Below are positions 50,436 to 64,000 of a stretch of 64,000 nt of DNA, piece by piece. Every line of letters starts with the position of its first letter. Position 1 is the first letter of the stretch. The notes beneath the pieces were generated by a model, which was not told where the DNA came from, made no database searches, and worked only from the letters and a program-made list of their open reading frames with translations. The DNA is taken from assembly GCA_002104945.1 (NCBI GenBank), contig MCFH01000051.1, forward strand, positions 1-64,000. Reading direction: 5' to 3'. The stretch is from Piromyces finnis finn. Taxonomy: Eukaryota > Fungi > Neocallimastigomycota. The position numbers were made by a program, and so were the translations under genes.

Positions 50436-53127
50436 TTTGTTTTATGTTTTATTGTATTATTATTATTATTGTATTAAATTAATGTATATATTATTTTAAT
50501 CCTTATGATTTTTAACGAATATTTCTATAAATAGTTCTAAACGCGATATATTATTAAATTATGTTCTAAAAGTCAAATAAATTGAACTTTTTTAAAAAAA
50601 GGTGTTTAACATTTGTATTAATATATAGTTTATTATTTAAATTATTAAATAATGAATAATGAATTTAAAAAAAGGAAAGAAAAAAATTCATTCTTTATAT
50701 ACTTTTTTTTTTTTTTGCTTGACAATTACACTTTTGAAGTCCAATAAAAATATTAACAATTAAGATTTATTATAATATTTTAATTATATATATTATATTG
50801 AATTATATTATATAATTCAATTAAAATAAACTTATTGCTTAATTGTTTTTTAATATTATTTTATTATATTAAATAGTAATACATCTTTGATTCCATAATC
50901 AACTATTTTTCATTTATTATTATTTTTTTTTGATATGAGAATTTTTGAAATAACAAAAATTAATATATAAAGTTTTTGATAAAGATTAGTACCAATAAAA
51001 GAATTCTATTGATAAAATTTTAAAAATAATTATATATTAATAGTATATTATAAATATATTGTTAATATATATTAATATATTGCAGTATAATATATTTTGA
51101 TTTAATCATATAAATTGTAATGTATTATAGACTTATTTTCTATCAAATTTTTTAATTTATTTTCTTTAAATTATAGATGCAATAATAAAAAAAATTTTTT
51201 TTGTAAATAATTAGTATATTTTATTATATAATTATATAATAATTATACTTTGAAATAAGATTTTGATGACTTTAAACAAAAGAGTAATTAAGGAATAGAA
51301 TAATAGAAAAAGAAAATCGTTTTTTTTATTTATCTGATCACAAATATTCTTTATTGAATAAATTAATAATACAGAAAAAAATAATAAAATACATTTGCAT
51401 TATTCAATTAAACACCTAATTTTTTATTAATTGAAATAATCAAAAAAAAAAAAAAAAAAAAAAACTTAAATTCATATAATAATAAAAAAATAGATATTCC
51501 TTTTTTAAAAAAATAAAATAAAATAAAATAATAGCTTAGAATATTATTTCTCATTTTAAATGACCTATAATTTATTTGTAATTTTTTAAAATTATGCACT
51601 GTATATGCATTTTTTTAAAAACAAAGAATATAAAAAATATGTATATATATATAATATAAATTTTAAATAATAAAAATGAAATACTAAAAATATTAAAAAC
51701 ATACATATTACAAAAATAACTTCACCTAAATTTACTGTTTCTTTAACATATAAAAAATAAAGAATTTAAATTAATAAAACTTTAAAAACTTTAATCTACA
51801 CCATGTTTTTATTATTATCATTATATATTTCTTTTTTTTTTTAATATTTTTAAGAGTTTAAAAGAATTATCATAGCATAAAATAAATCTAATTTTACAGA
51901 AATTATTTTTATAAATATTTTGATAACATCAATTTAAAAATGGCAAAGTTACACGAACCAAAGTTTAAATTTAAAGATATTAAATTTAATTATCTAAACC
52001 TATTAAATCAATAAACTCTAAAAACTATAATAATAAGAAAGATAAGTTTATATTAAAACTAAGACAATTTTGTAATAAGAATAAAAAAATTACTTATTAA
52101 AAGAAATAAAGAAAAAAAAAATATATATATATATGCACATGGCTATTAATTATTTTTAAAAGAATTTTTCTTTAATAATAACAACTACATTAAAATATGT
52201 ATTTACTTACATAAAACGTCATAATATATTTTATACATTTAACAACTTTGCATTAGCATAATCTATACATTTTTTTATCACCAACATTTTTTAAACTATG
52301 ATAATGTCTTTCAAATAATAATAAATGAATAAATTTATTAAAAACAAGCAATTTATATTAAATAAAATTATATTGTAAATTATCCAATTTCCTTATTTAG
52401 ATAATTATAAAAAGTTTAATAAATTAAAATTAATCAAAAAAAGATAAATAATTAATAGACAGTATCACAAAATGATAAGATAAAAAATGTTGATATATTT
52501 TGTAATGATATTTGATAACATTAATTAATATTTGAAGATAAATTATCACTTTTTTTTAAAATTAAAAAAATCTGAGAATAAAAAAAAATTATAAGTTTCA
52601 TTATTATATTATGTACTAATAGTGTTTAATATTAAAAAACAAAAAACTTGACATAGTTAAATATTTACTTCAAATAGACATTATATAAAGTTGGTTTTTG
52701 AAAATTACATTTTTTATAATATCAATAACATTAATAATTATTCTATTTGTTAATTTAAAATATAAATTAAAAAAAAAAGCCTCTACAATATTTTACTGTT
52801 ACAAACAAAATGAATTATTATATATAATAATATATAAATAAAAATTAATAAATTAAAACTGTAATATAATCTTATCACTTAAACTAATAGATAATAATAG
52901 ATAATAGTAGACGACTTGTTTAATTAATGTATTAATGTTACATTTTTATAAATAGAATTTAAATAACGTAATTAATTGTATATTATAATTGTAATTGGAA
53001 GCTATTATCATTCTCTAATCATTAAAAAAATATTTAAAGGGTTATGACTCTAAATTAAAAATTAAAAAATTTTATCTAAATAATAAAACCGTTGTTGCTC
53101 TTAATACTATTATTACTAACTACTGTT

Positions 53128-53200
53128 ATTTATTATTATTATTATTATTATTATGTTTATTATTATGTTTATTATTATGTTTATTATTATGTTTATTATT
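53128..53200. repeat. (TTA)n plus TGTTTATTATTA-type micro/minisatellite
   Basis: tta run followed by about four copies of tgtttattatta. Confidence 0.75.
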
Positions 53201-54249
53201 TATAATAATTAAAAAAATATTTATTTTATATTTTTGGCAATACTCATATTGTTGTATCTTATTTTTTTAATAAATACAACAATATTTATACTTTCATTAT
53301 ATTATGATTAATAAATATATATAATATTACTATTCTAAGTTTTTTGTTATAATTACTATTCAATCAAGTTAATTATTATTTATTATGTTAAAAAAAGTAT
53401 CACAGCTTATTTAATATTTTTTATAATATTTTTAAAAAATATTAATGCTCTATAATATATAATATATAAAATTATAAACTAATTGATTATTTAATAGAGA
53501 TAATATACTTATATACTTACCTGAGAAAGAATTAAACTTTAAAATCAAAAATATAGATATATTTAATTTTGTATAGCTAAAAAATATAAATTTTAAAAAC
53601 ACTTAACCCATAACCTTTTCGTTTATGAAAAATAATTTTTTATAATAAATTTTATAAAAAAAATTAATGCTATTAAACTACTAAATAATAGTAGCTTTAT
53701 TATACCAAAAATAAATAAATATAAGTTTATTAATAATAAAAGAGTATAATAACAAGTATAATTTTGTAAAATCTAAAAAGTATAAAGAAATTTATTCTCT
53801 ATTTATATGGAATTTTAAAAAGTAAATTATTAAATTATAAGTTATCATTTTTAAACTTATAGATATGACTTGTTCCTTTTCATTCTATGCATTAATTTAT
53901 ATAATGATTATGAGTAATAATAATATCTGTTATATTTATATCGCCACATTAAATATTATTAAATATAAGAAATATTTTATATTAATAAATAATATTAATG
54001 TAAAAATTATTAATACGCCATTTCTTATTCTATTTCCTTTATTTTAAATACACTGCCTTTATCATTTTATAGAAAATAGAATACAAACACAAAAATGAAT
54101 AATATATAATACTAATTACTAGAAATATTAAAATATATATTAAAATAATTTTATCTTTATAAATTTATTTAAAAAATGATGATGAATAGTATCTTGATTC
54201 GATGAAATATAAAAATCCGACATCTCATGCTTTTTTTTATTACTTTTAC

Positions 54250-54280
<31 letters not shown>

Positions 54281-55674
54281 AATAATATTATTATTTTATA
54301 TTATTTTCTATAGTTAATATAATAAACAATAAATATTGTATTTATTATTATACATTATTCCATAGCAGATATGTACACTACTCTTTAGTTTTATATATTT
54401 TACATAGAAATAAACTGAATATAAAAATATAATATTTAATAATTTTTAATACATAATAATAAATAATATCATGTTGAAGATTTTATTTGATAAAAAAATA
54501 GAATAAAGATATTTTGCTTTTTCTGAAAAAAAAAAAAAAAAATAGTAATAGTTATTAATATTTCAAGTATAACTTAAAACTTTTATCAATAATTAATTCA
54601 GATAATTTATAATAATAGTTAAAGTTTATTATATAAAGCAATTAAATATTAAATACCATTGGTTAAATAAAATTACTATTCTTGTTTTTTTTTTTTTTGA
54701 AAATATCATTATTTATTCCTATATAAAATTTGATTATTTTTAAGTGCGGATATAGAAAATTTTATATTAAATTTTAATTAATAATATTATGTATTATTTC
54801 ATATTTCAAAATTATCCATAGTATATGAAATTTTTAAGTTTTGACAGGAAAAATAAAAAAAAAAAGGGAGATTTTCCATAACTTACAACATTATTTAATG
54901 AATAAATAAATGATTATTTTTTTTTTTTATAAAAAGATATACTATTATAATATATATTACTGTTATTACATAGAAAATAAATATATATAATAACTTAAGT
55001 CATTTTATTCATTATTAAATATTATTTAATATTTGTATACACTTGATTTATTATTTTAATAATATTATATTCTATATTCTATAATATAGTAAATATTTAG
55101 ATAAGTATATCAATCATTAAAAAATATAAATGGTCATCCAAATTTATACAACCAATTTATCACTATTTCTATATCCAATAATATAGTTATAATCATGAAT
55201 ATTAAAAACTTTTTTTTAAATTAAATATATTTATAACAAAGTAATTAATATTAATTAGTCGTAATATAACTATTTTTATTTTTATTTTATTATTTTCTTT
55301 TAATACATTTTATAAAATTAAAAAAAAAAAAAAAAAAAAAAGAGAGAGAAAAAAAAATATTATTTAATAGTTAATTATTTTATATAATATTGTTTTTGTT
55401 TTAAACTGTAAAATTCTAAAACAGAATTATTCTAATTCCAATAACAATTTGATATTAAAAGGAAATATTACATTATTTTCTACATTTATTATATATTTCT
55501 AGAAAGAAAAAATAAAATAAAAAGCCTTATTATAATCTTTTTATTTTTCCTTAATTAAATGTACTTGGTATAAAATTTGTACTAATATAATATATATGAA
55601 TGGTTTTAAGGAAATGACAATACCTAAAATATATAAATATTGAAATGTCTATATGTCTATAGATTGCTCTAGTT

Positions 55675-57780
55675 TTAAGATAAATTATCATTTAAATAAT
55701 CCGTGAAAAGTTCTGCAACCTTATTCAAACTTAATGATGTAAATGTTTTATTGATATTAATAAATTGACGTTTTAATTTACGTAATTCACTTAAAGTAAT
55801 AGATCTAGATGGGACATTTAAGTAGATATTTGAGAATTAAAACATAAATAATAAAAAAAAAAAGATTAAGGATTAATAGTTTTTGTTAACATATATTCAT
55901 AGAATTATAGAAATTAATTTATTATAATTATAATTTCTAAATATGAAAAAGGATATTTTTTTATCACAATTTGGAACTTTGGTTTCACCAAATTGACCAT
56001 TCTTTTGTGCTTCAACAACAACATTTGTAATGGTTTGAGTAATTTTATCTAATTTATATAAATAATTGGTTTCTTGTGGCTTTTTCTATTTATTATTAAT
56101 ATCATTAATAATAATAATATATAATTAATAGTGTGATTTTTTTTAAAACATTTATAAAGCATTATTTTCTTTTTTTATCTAGCGTATTAAGTTTATCAAT
56201 GACTTACAGAAATAGTTGAAAGATTTGGTGGTGGTGCTTTTCTTAAAATTAAAGCATCAACAATATTTTGAGCAAAATCTTCTATATTATCGTTTGGTAA
56301 AAGAGTAAAAAGAGGAGAATCCCATCTATTTCTTGAATCTGGTTCTTCAAATCTTGTAATTAAATTTTCAAACCTTTTTTTTTTTTTGAATGGAAATGAA
56401 TTAAACATAACGTAACATAAATATATTTATAATTATAAATAATAGATATAAATAATTATATAATTAATTGTTTATTCAATTTATGCTGCACGATAAAATA
56501 TATGTTAATTAAATAAATTCTTTAAAAGTAAAATTGCATTATGTTTTTGATTAATTTATGATATCAATAATTTATTATAATAATCAAATATTTAAATATA
56601 CTTGAATATACTCGATAAGATTTAAAAAGGTATTGAAATTTTTTATATATTTAAAATTTAAATTAATAATTTCTAATCATTCAAAATCTACTTTTGATAT
56701 GATGATATCTATGAGTTATAAAATAATTATTGAATATGATATATTGTATTTATCTTTAATTATTGTTGTTGTTATAACGATAATAGAATGAATTTATTTT
56801 CGTCTCCTTCATTTATGTTTTTACTCTTTTTTTTTTTTTTTTCTGATTATGTCTTGAATCGGTAAATCAATCTTAACAATAAAGAATTTATAAATTTAAT
56901 GAAAGAATATTAATTATTAATAAATAAATAAATACATTTCTGGATCGTATTTTTCTTCTTCCTTTCTGTTATTATGCCATTCTCTTGCTTGTTGAATTGG
57001 AATAGCAGCATGTACCTTTAAAAAAATAATAAATGTCATGATTATATATTAAAATTTCAAATTATATACATATATATATTTAAAAAAAAAATGGAAATAA
57101 TGAATATATTGTTATAATATAATTTGAAATAAAATAAAATAAAATAAAATTGAATCCTTACTATACAATGAGGTGTTCTTAGTTGTTTTGCTAAACAATA
57201 TAATTGATATCTAAAACCTTTAATATAATTCATAGCATCGGCAATAACAATAGTATCTTTATTTAAAAGACGTTCAACAGATGACATAAGCATTGAACGT
57301 GCTTTTTTTTCTTCATTAATGGCTATAACACATTAATAAATTTTAATTGTTATCATTATTGTAATTTATATATATATAATATATAAAATAATGTTATGTT
57401 TTATCAATGAAACTGAATTTTTATAAAATTTATTTTTCTTCTAAAAAAAAATACAAATATATAAAATAGCACTGAATAAAAAATTATATATATATAATAT
57501 TTTTATTTTATTTACATGAAAAAGTATTAATTCTGTCTAAACCAAAGCTATCGTCGTTAAGTAGATGAACAACTCTTGGTTCTTTTAATAATTTAACTAC
57601 TTTTTCTTTAGGTTTTGGTGGTTCTACACTTTCTGTATTTTCAGTAGAATTTTTTTTGGAACTCTTTTCATTTTCATTACTAATTTCTGAAGGACAATAA
57701 GTTTCCATAATTTTTTTCAATTCATTTGCTCTTTTAGTTTTTCCACTACATGGAAGTCCACAAATAATAATTAATGGCAT
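55675..57780 (-). CDS. KTI12: Elongator-associated ATPase Kti12, multi-exon
   Basis: MPLIIICGLPCSGKTKRA (P-loop), IADAMNYIKGFRYQLYC, FENLITRFEEPDSRNRWDSPLF, and a C-terminal ITLSELRKLKRQFININK; stop at 55675-55677. Confidence 0.93.
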
Positions 57781-58188
57781 TTTTTATTATTATAATGTTA
57801 TATTTTATGAATAAATAAAATTAAAAAAAAAGGTTTTTTTTAAAAAAAAAAATTTAAAAAATTTGAAAATCTATTGGACAAAACAAATCAACATTTAAAT
57901 TAAAATAAAAAAAAAAAATACTTTAATAAATGACTAAATCTAATGAAGAATTGAATATTTTTTATTATAAATAATGTTATTAATAGTAATAGTAAATCCT
58001 ATTTTAATACATTAATATGACTATGAGCATTATATATTATATTTTTTTCATTATAAGCAAAAAAAAAAAAATAATCACAATAATATAAAAAAATATTATT
58101 TGTGAGGTTAGAAGGTTAGAATAAGAAATTTTAAAAATTTTCACTACCATAAAGGTTATGTTATTTTAATTTTTATATCAAAGTTAAA

Positions 58189-58288
58189 CATTCTTTTTTT
58201 TATAAAAAAAAATAATAATGAATTTCTTAAATATATATCATTCTTTTTTTTATAAAAAAAAATAATAATGAATTTCTTAAATATATAT
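58189..58288. repeat. Perfect 50-bp tandem duplication
   Basis: cattcttttttttataaaaaaaaataataatgaatttcttaaatatatat at 58189-58238 and again at 58239-58288. Confidence 0.9.
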
Positions 58289-58861
58289 AAGTTAAATATA
58301 AATAATAAAATAAATTATTTTTACATAATTTTATTGTTATCATTATTATATTTTAAATGAGCTTTTATTTATTATAATTTTATATTTTTTTAAAGTTGAA
58401 ATATAGTTAATTAAAACTATATAAAAAAATATATCTTTTTAAAATTAAAACTATTATAAAAAAAAGTTATAAATAATATAAAAATTTATAACAAATAAAA
58501 AAAAATAAAATAAAATTCTTATAATTATTAGATCTAAAATAAAAATAAAATAATATTTAAATTCTTTGATAGTCATTTTATTTATTTGTTAATACACAAA
58601 TATATTTATTGTGGTAACAATAAATTTAATTACTGGTTATCGTTATCTATAAAATAAAAAAGTTAATAATGTATTACAATATATATAACCTTATGGATAA
58701 TACATAAAATATTTAAAGACATATTTATTATTAAAATTAATTAATTAATTAATTATTATTAACTTTAATTTTTATTTCTATTTTATAAGTATTTTTTAAA
58801 ATTTAAAAATTTATAATAGTTTATAAATAAATTTTATTTTAAAGATATTATATATATTAAA

Positions 58862-59807
58862 ATGTTTTATCCAAACGCTCCACTTTCAAAAATTATGTTT
58901 AATAAATATGATACTGATGGAAGTGGCAGTATCACTGTACAAGAATTTAAATATATGGCATATGATTTAGGTTATTATCTTTCTGATACTGAACTTGAAT
59001 TTGCTGTAAAGAAGCTTGACAAGACTGGTTCTGATTCCATTACTTATGATGATTGTAATTAATAAATAGTGATAAAAATACATTATAAATATTAATTAAT
59101 ATTTATTTTTGAAACTATATATAAGAATTATTATCTTTTTTTTTTTTTTTTTTTTTTAAAATAATGAATATATATATATTAGAATCAAAAGAATAAGAAT
59201 TTAATTAACAAATTTATGAATTATATTTAATTATTTATTCACACTTTTTTTTTTTATTATTATCATTATTTGAAATTGATTAAAATTATCATATTTAAAT
59301 ATAAAGTCAAGAAATGGTGGGGAACAACTGATCGTTGGAATCAACTTAAATTATCAGAAGAAAATATGGCTATTCTTTCTGCTATTAGTGGTCAATTTCA
59401 AATGTTTGACGTAGACAAGAGTGGTTCAATTGACAAACACGTAAATATTTGTTTATATATATAAATATATATCTAAGAATTCATTTTGCTAAATTCTATG
59501 AATAATTTTTAGGAATTCCAAAATTATTGTAAGGAAATTGCCAAAAAGGGAAAAATTACTACTGCAGAAGAAGAAGAGATGTTTAGAAATTTAGATATTA
59601 ATCATGATGGAAATGTTTCATTCAATGAACGTAAGAAGTTAATAAATTAATTATTATTATAAAGACTCAAAAAATTAATTAATTAATTATTATTATTATT
59701 ATTTATTTATTAAATAAATATATAAATATTTATTTTTTAAAATTCATTTAGTTATTGATTATCTTTATGCTAAATATGAAGGTGACCTTTCAAGATATTT
59801 TTCATAA
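58862..59807 (+). CDS. Calmodulin-like four-EF-hand Ca2+-binding protein, 4 exons
   Basis: EF loops DTDGSGSITVQE, DKTGSDSITYDD (degenerate), DVDKSGSIDKHE and DINHDGNVSFNE. Exons join in frame to TAA at 59805-59807. Not canonical calmodulin. Confidence 0.88.
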
Positions 59808-62325
59808 GTGTAATATAAAGTAATATAAAATTAAAACTTTAAATAATAGTTATAATGTATGCTAATATTTCAGAGTGTCCCTATATTTACTTTTATATAA
59901 AATTTATTAATAAAAAATAGTATATTTATAAATCTTACATATACTTGTATGTTGTAAAAATAGAAAGATAAAACAAACCAAATGAAAATTTCAATAAAAA
60001 ATGAAATAAAAAAGTTTTATAAAGTAAAATAAATATACATCAAAATAATTTATTCAATCTTATTGCTATATTCATCCTATTTGTTTAGTTTATAATATAT
60101 TAATATATTTCATATATTTTATGAAAAAAAAATATGTATAAAATAAAATATACAGTATATTAACAATATTATTTATAATAATCAATATCAATATAAAAGA
60201 TTCATGTCTTATCAAAGTAATAAGATATATTGATAAAATATATAGTCTTTTAATAATTATGAATATAATTATTTTCTTTATGGGATAAATTGGAATTTTA
60301 TAAATAAGGATATTCTATTTATTATTATAAAAGAAATAAAATAACATAAGTTCTTTTTATTACTTCAATTTAATATATATATATATATTTAACATGAAAG
60401 GGTTTGAGGTTTGATAATACAAAAGTTAAAAGTTTAAGTACTTATTAGAATTTACAGAAAATATATATATATATATATATAAAGCTTTATACATTACATA
60501 TTAATTAATAACATTTCATTTAATTAAGTATAGTGAAGATATTAATATTGATGTCTTTTTTACTTATATTTTAGGATTTCATAGAAATTATTTGAATTAC
60601 TAATATCAATAATAATAATAATATATATATGAGAAGAAAGGTTTATTTATTTATTATTTTTTAAAAGTTTCAAGAGTTAATAAAAGTTATTCTAACATAT
60701 ATGCCTGAAAAAAAGCTTCTTTATAATTATATTTTTTTTTTAAATTTCTTTTTTTATTAAAATGTCTTGATTTTTTCAGTTTGGATACTTTTTTAAGCCT
60801 AAACAAATTATTCCTTGATATATTTGGAATGTATTTACTATCAGATTTTAAAATAATATAATTTTAATAATGATAACACGATATTAAAAAGTAAAAAAAA
60901 AAAAGAAACATGTATTATATGTATTTTATATTTATACAATAAATTATCATTAAATAAAATTATCAACTTTGCATAATAAAGCAAAAACAAGACAAAATAA
61001 AAGGAATTGTTCTATAACCCTATTAATATATCAATATGACAAAAAATTAAAATGTCTAGTCGTTTTTAAAAAATTTTTATTATTTAAAATATTCAATTTC
61101 ATATTTAAAAAATTATAGAATACATGTACATATTTCATTACATTCTTATACATTAATAATATATATTAATATTTATTCATTCCTATTATTCATTATCAAA
61201 TGTAGAGTTACATTTTATTGTAATTTGTATTGCATTCTTTTACTTATATAAGTAATACTTCATTTAGATATATTATAAGATATATTACACTATATTCTAT
61301 TTAATTATTATTCATATATTATGAATACATTACATTATATAATTGATATTCAATTATATTATAGGAATTTTAAAATATAAAAATATTCATGTAAAATAGT
61401 TAATATAAAAAAAAGAGGTTTAATAATTAATAAAAAAATATAAAAAGAAGTAAATTCTAATAATGAAACATTTTCAACTACAACATAAAAGAAGTACATA
61501 TCAAATATTACATATCATATATATGCAATATATTTATAGTTTTGTTCTAAAAATGTTATAGTAGTACTAAGAAATTCTTTTATAGATTATCACATTAATT
61601 AGTAATAATGGAAAACTAAGGTGTGTAGCTTTGTTGGTAAGTGATCTATTATAAAAATGAATTATAAAAAGAAATTGTAAAGGTAAAATGAAGTAAAATA
61701 AAAAAATTAGAAACTAAAGGTGTTCACAAATTATAACTACCTATTTTCCATTATTTAAATATTATCTTTAAAGTTATTATTATTTAAATACAATCAAGCC
61801 TTTAATTGTATAAAAATAAGTGAATACTTAAAATAATTTATTTAAAAAGTAGATAAATGGATAAATAAATAATCTGCTTATTTTTTCATCATAATTTTCC
61901 TTTTTTGAAATTTACATTTTTGATTTTTAATTTAATTTTTTTATTAAATTTTTTGCCATCCAAAACTTCCATAAAAGGAAAGCTTTAGTAATTGAAGTTC
62001 TTTTGTATTACATATAAATAAAAAGACAATTTAAAACTGAATGGCTATATAATATAAATTAATATATTAATCTATTATTTAATTGATGTTCTGCCATACT
62101 CTCTTTATATTATTATGTGTGAAATAATTAGATAATATCTATATATATAAAAAAATGAATTAAGTTTTATTTAATATATTAATAATAAAATTAACATCAT
62201 ATAATAATTATAATAATTATAAAAATTAATGTAAATTAATATGAATAATATGTTAATAGTTGACCAACAAAAAATGTTGAAGACATTTTTAAAGCTTTTC
62301 TTATTATTATTAATTTTATATCATA

Positions 62326-62481
62326 ATAAACATAATAAACATAATAAACATAATAAACATAATAAACATAATAAACATAATAAACATAATAATAATAATA
62401 ATAATAATAAACATAATAAACATAATAAACATAATAATAATAATAATAATAAACATAATAATAATAATAATAATAATAAAC

Positions 62482-62532
<51 letters not shown>
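62326..62532. repeat. Compound microsatellite (AATAAACAT)n/(AAT)n
   Basis: 9-bp cataataaa units interleaved with aat runs; explains the spurious ORFs 62241..62549 and 62316..62612. Confidence 0.95.
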
Positions 62533-64000
62533 GAAAGTGGTTTAATTGAATTAATATAATTAATATACATAATTTTTCTTATAAAAGTTTTTTTTAATTC
62601 TAAATAGTACAAGTATTCAACATTAATATATAAAAAATAATAAACTAAGTTCGTTGTAAAATAAATTAATAGTTTAGCACTTAAAACTTTAAACTTTTTA
62701 TACTTTAGTATAAAATAGGAAATTTTTTTTTTTATGTTTCAGGTAGATATTAAATAATATCAGTTAAAGAAATAGATGCCAAATTTAGTAACAATAAAGA
62801 AAACTAATTAAAGGATATTAGTATACTTTAGAAAAAATTAGAAAAAGAGTAGTGGACTCTTTTCTTCTTCTATATCTTATTAGTATTGATTAATGCTTAA
62901 TTTACAAAAATTTAAAATATAATTATATGTGAATAATATTACTAGTAGTTCGTAAATAATTTTTAATATATCTTTTTAGTTAATTTTATTATAATGGATA
63001 AATGACAACATACAAATAATAATAAACATCACTTTTATGTCTTTCATATAATATATTATAGTTTTATATATTATAATGATGGCTAAATCAATAATACTAA
63101 ATTGAAAATATAAAAAATGATATATATTTAAATATTAAATTTTATTTTTATTGTATATATTGAAAAACAAGTTAATATAATATCATAACAATTTAAGTCT
63201 TTTCATTTTGATAAATTCATAAGTAACTATTATTTACATGTGGTCATATATATATTATCATTATCTAGAAGGCTTTTTTCATAGTATTTATATTTGTCTT
63301 TATCCTATGTTTTCCTTTTTTAACTCCATTTTTTTTGGCGTATAAACCATGGTATCTTAATTAACTATTTATATAATCTTGTGATATAAATAATATAAAT
63401 ATTATAATTACTGATATATATATATTGACATGAACAAAGAAGGTAATAATTGTTTTAACAATTGTTATAATTTTTTTATTAAAAATTGTATTATTCTTTT
63501 AAATTTAAAAAAAATTTAATAATAAATTGTATTTTATATTAATTTTTTCCTTTTTTCCTTTATTTATTTCTTTTTTTTTATTGGCCAAAGCAAATTAACC
63601 TCCATATATTATTTTAATTTTAATATATTTTACAAATTGAAAAATGCATTTATCAATAATTTTTTGTTTATATCAACAGAAAAAGAAAAGTAAAATTTAA
63701 TAATTATAAAATTGAATTTATTAAAAAAGAATAAAATGTATATGAAAAAGGGGAAATTATAATGATCTTTTATGGCAATGTAATAAACAAAATATAGAAA
63801 GTAAATAATTAATATTATCATTGCCATAATTATATAAAAATAATTTTAAAATATTAATGTTTATTATTAATAATGAAGTTTATTGAAGTATACTATTATT
63901 CTTTTTATTATTATTTTATTAATATTTATTGATATATAAATTTTTAATATATATATTAATAAAAACAGTCAACAAAATAAAGTAAAATAAATACAAAAAG

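Noticed and set aside
50436-51400. GATAA nitrogen-regulation sites upstream of the Amt gene
   Set aside because: GATAA is ubiquitous at this AT content; no enrichment can be claimed by eye.
56690-56850. Box C/D snoRNA in the long KTI12 intron (ATGATGA ... CTGA)
   Set aside because: The boxes are antisense to the host gene, with no terminal stem or recognisable guide.
62241-62612. His/Asn/Lys-repeat and Ile/Met/Phe-repeat ORFs
   Set aside because: Direct translations of the compound microsatellite.

Overview
Extremely AT-rich eukaryotic DNA with short GT-AG introns. The intron style, base composition and a presequence-bearing pyruvate formate-lyase point to an anaerobic gut fungus (Neocallimastigomycota; inference). 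Conserved housekeeping genes, mostly intron-rich: CSE1, VPS60, TOF1/Timeless, KTI12, a 4-EF-hand protein, plus an intronless RING-H2/transmembrane gene and an intronless Amt/Mep transporter. The core of the window (30.8-48.4 kb) is unusual. It holds three intronless PFL genes: one with an organellar presequence, and two presequence-less copies forming a ~2.7-kb-arm palindrome with a 514-bp spacer. The palindrome is bracketed by a decayed 3' fragment and an apparently intact 5.6-kb single-ORF non-LTR retrotransposon (RRM-like/APE/RT/CCHC) with a 52-nt poly(A) tail. The element has a highly structured putative 5' leader and a 69-bp 3' block that is invariant between the two copies. No tRNA, rRNA or CRISPR array was seen. 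Exon chains were traced by eye, so multi-exon gene limits should be confirmed with RNA-seq.
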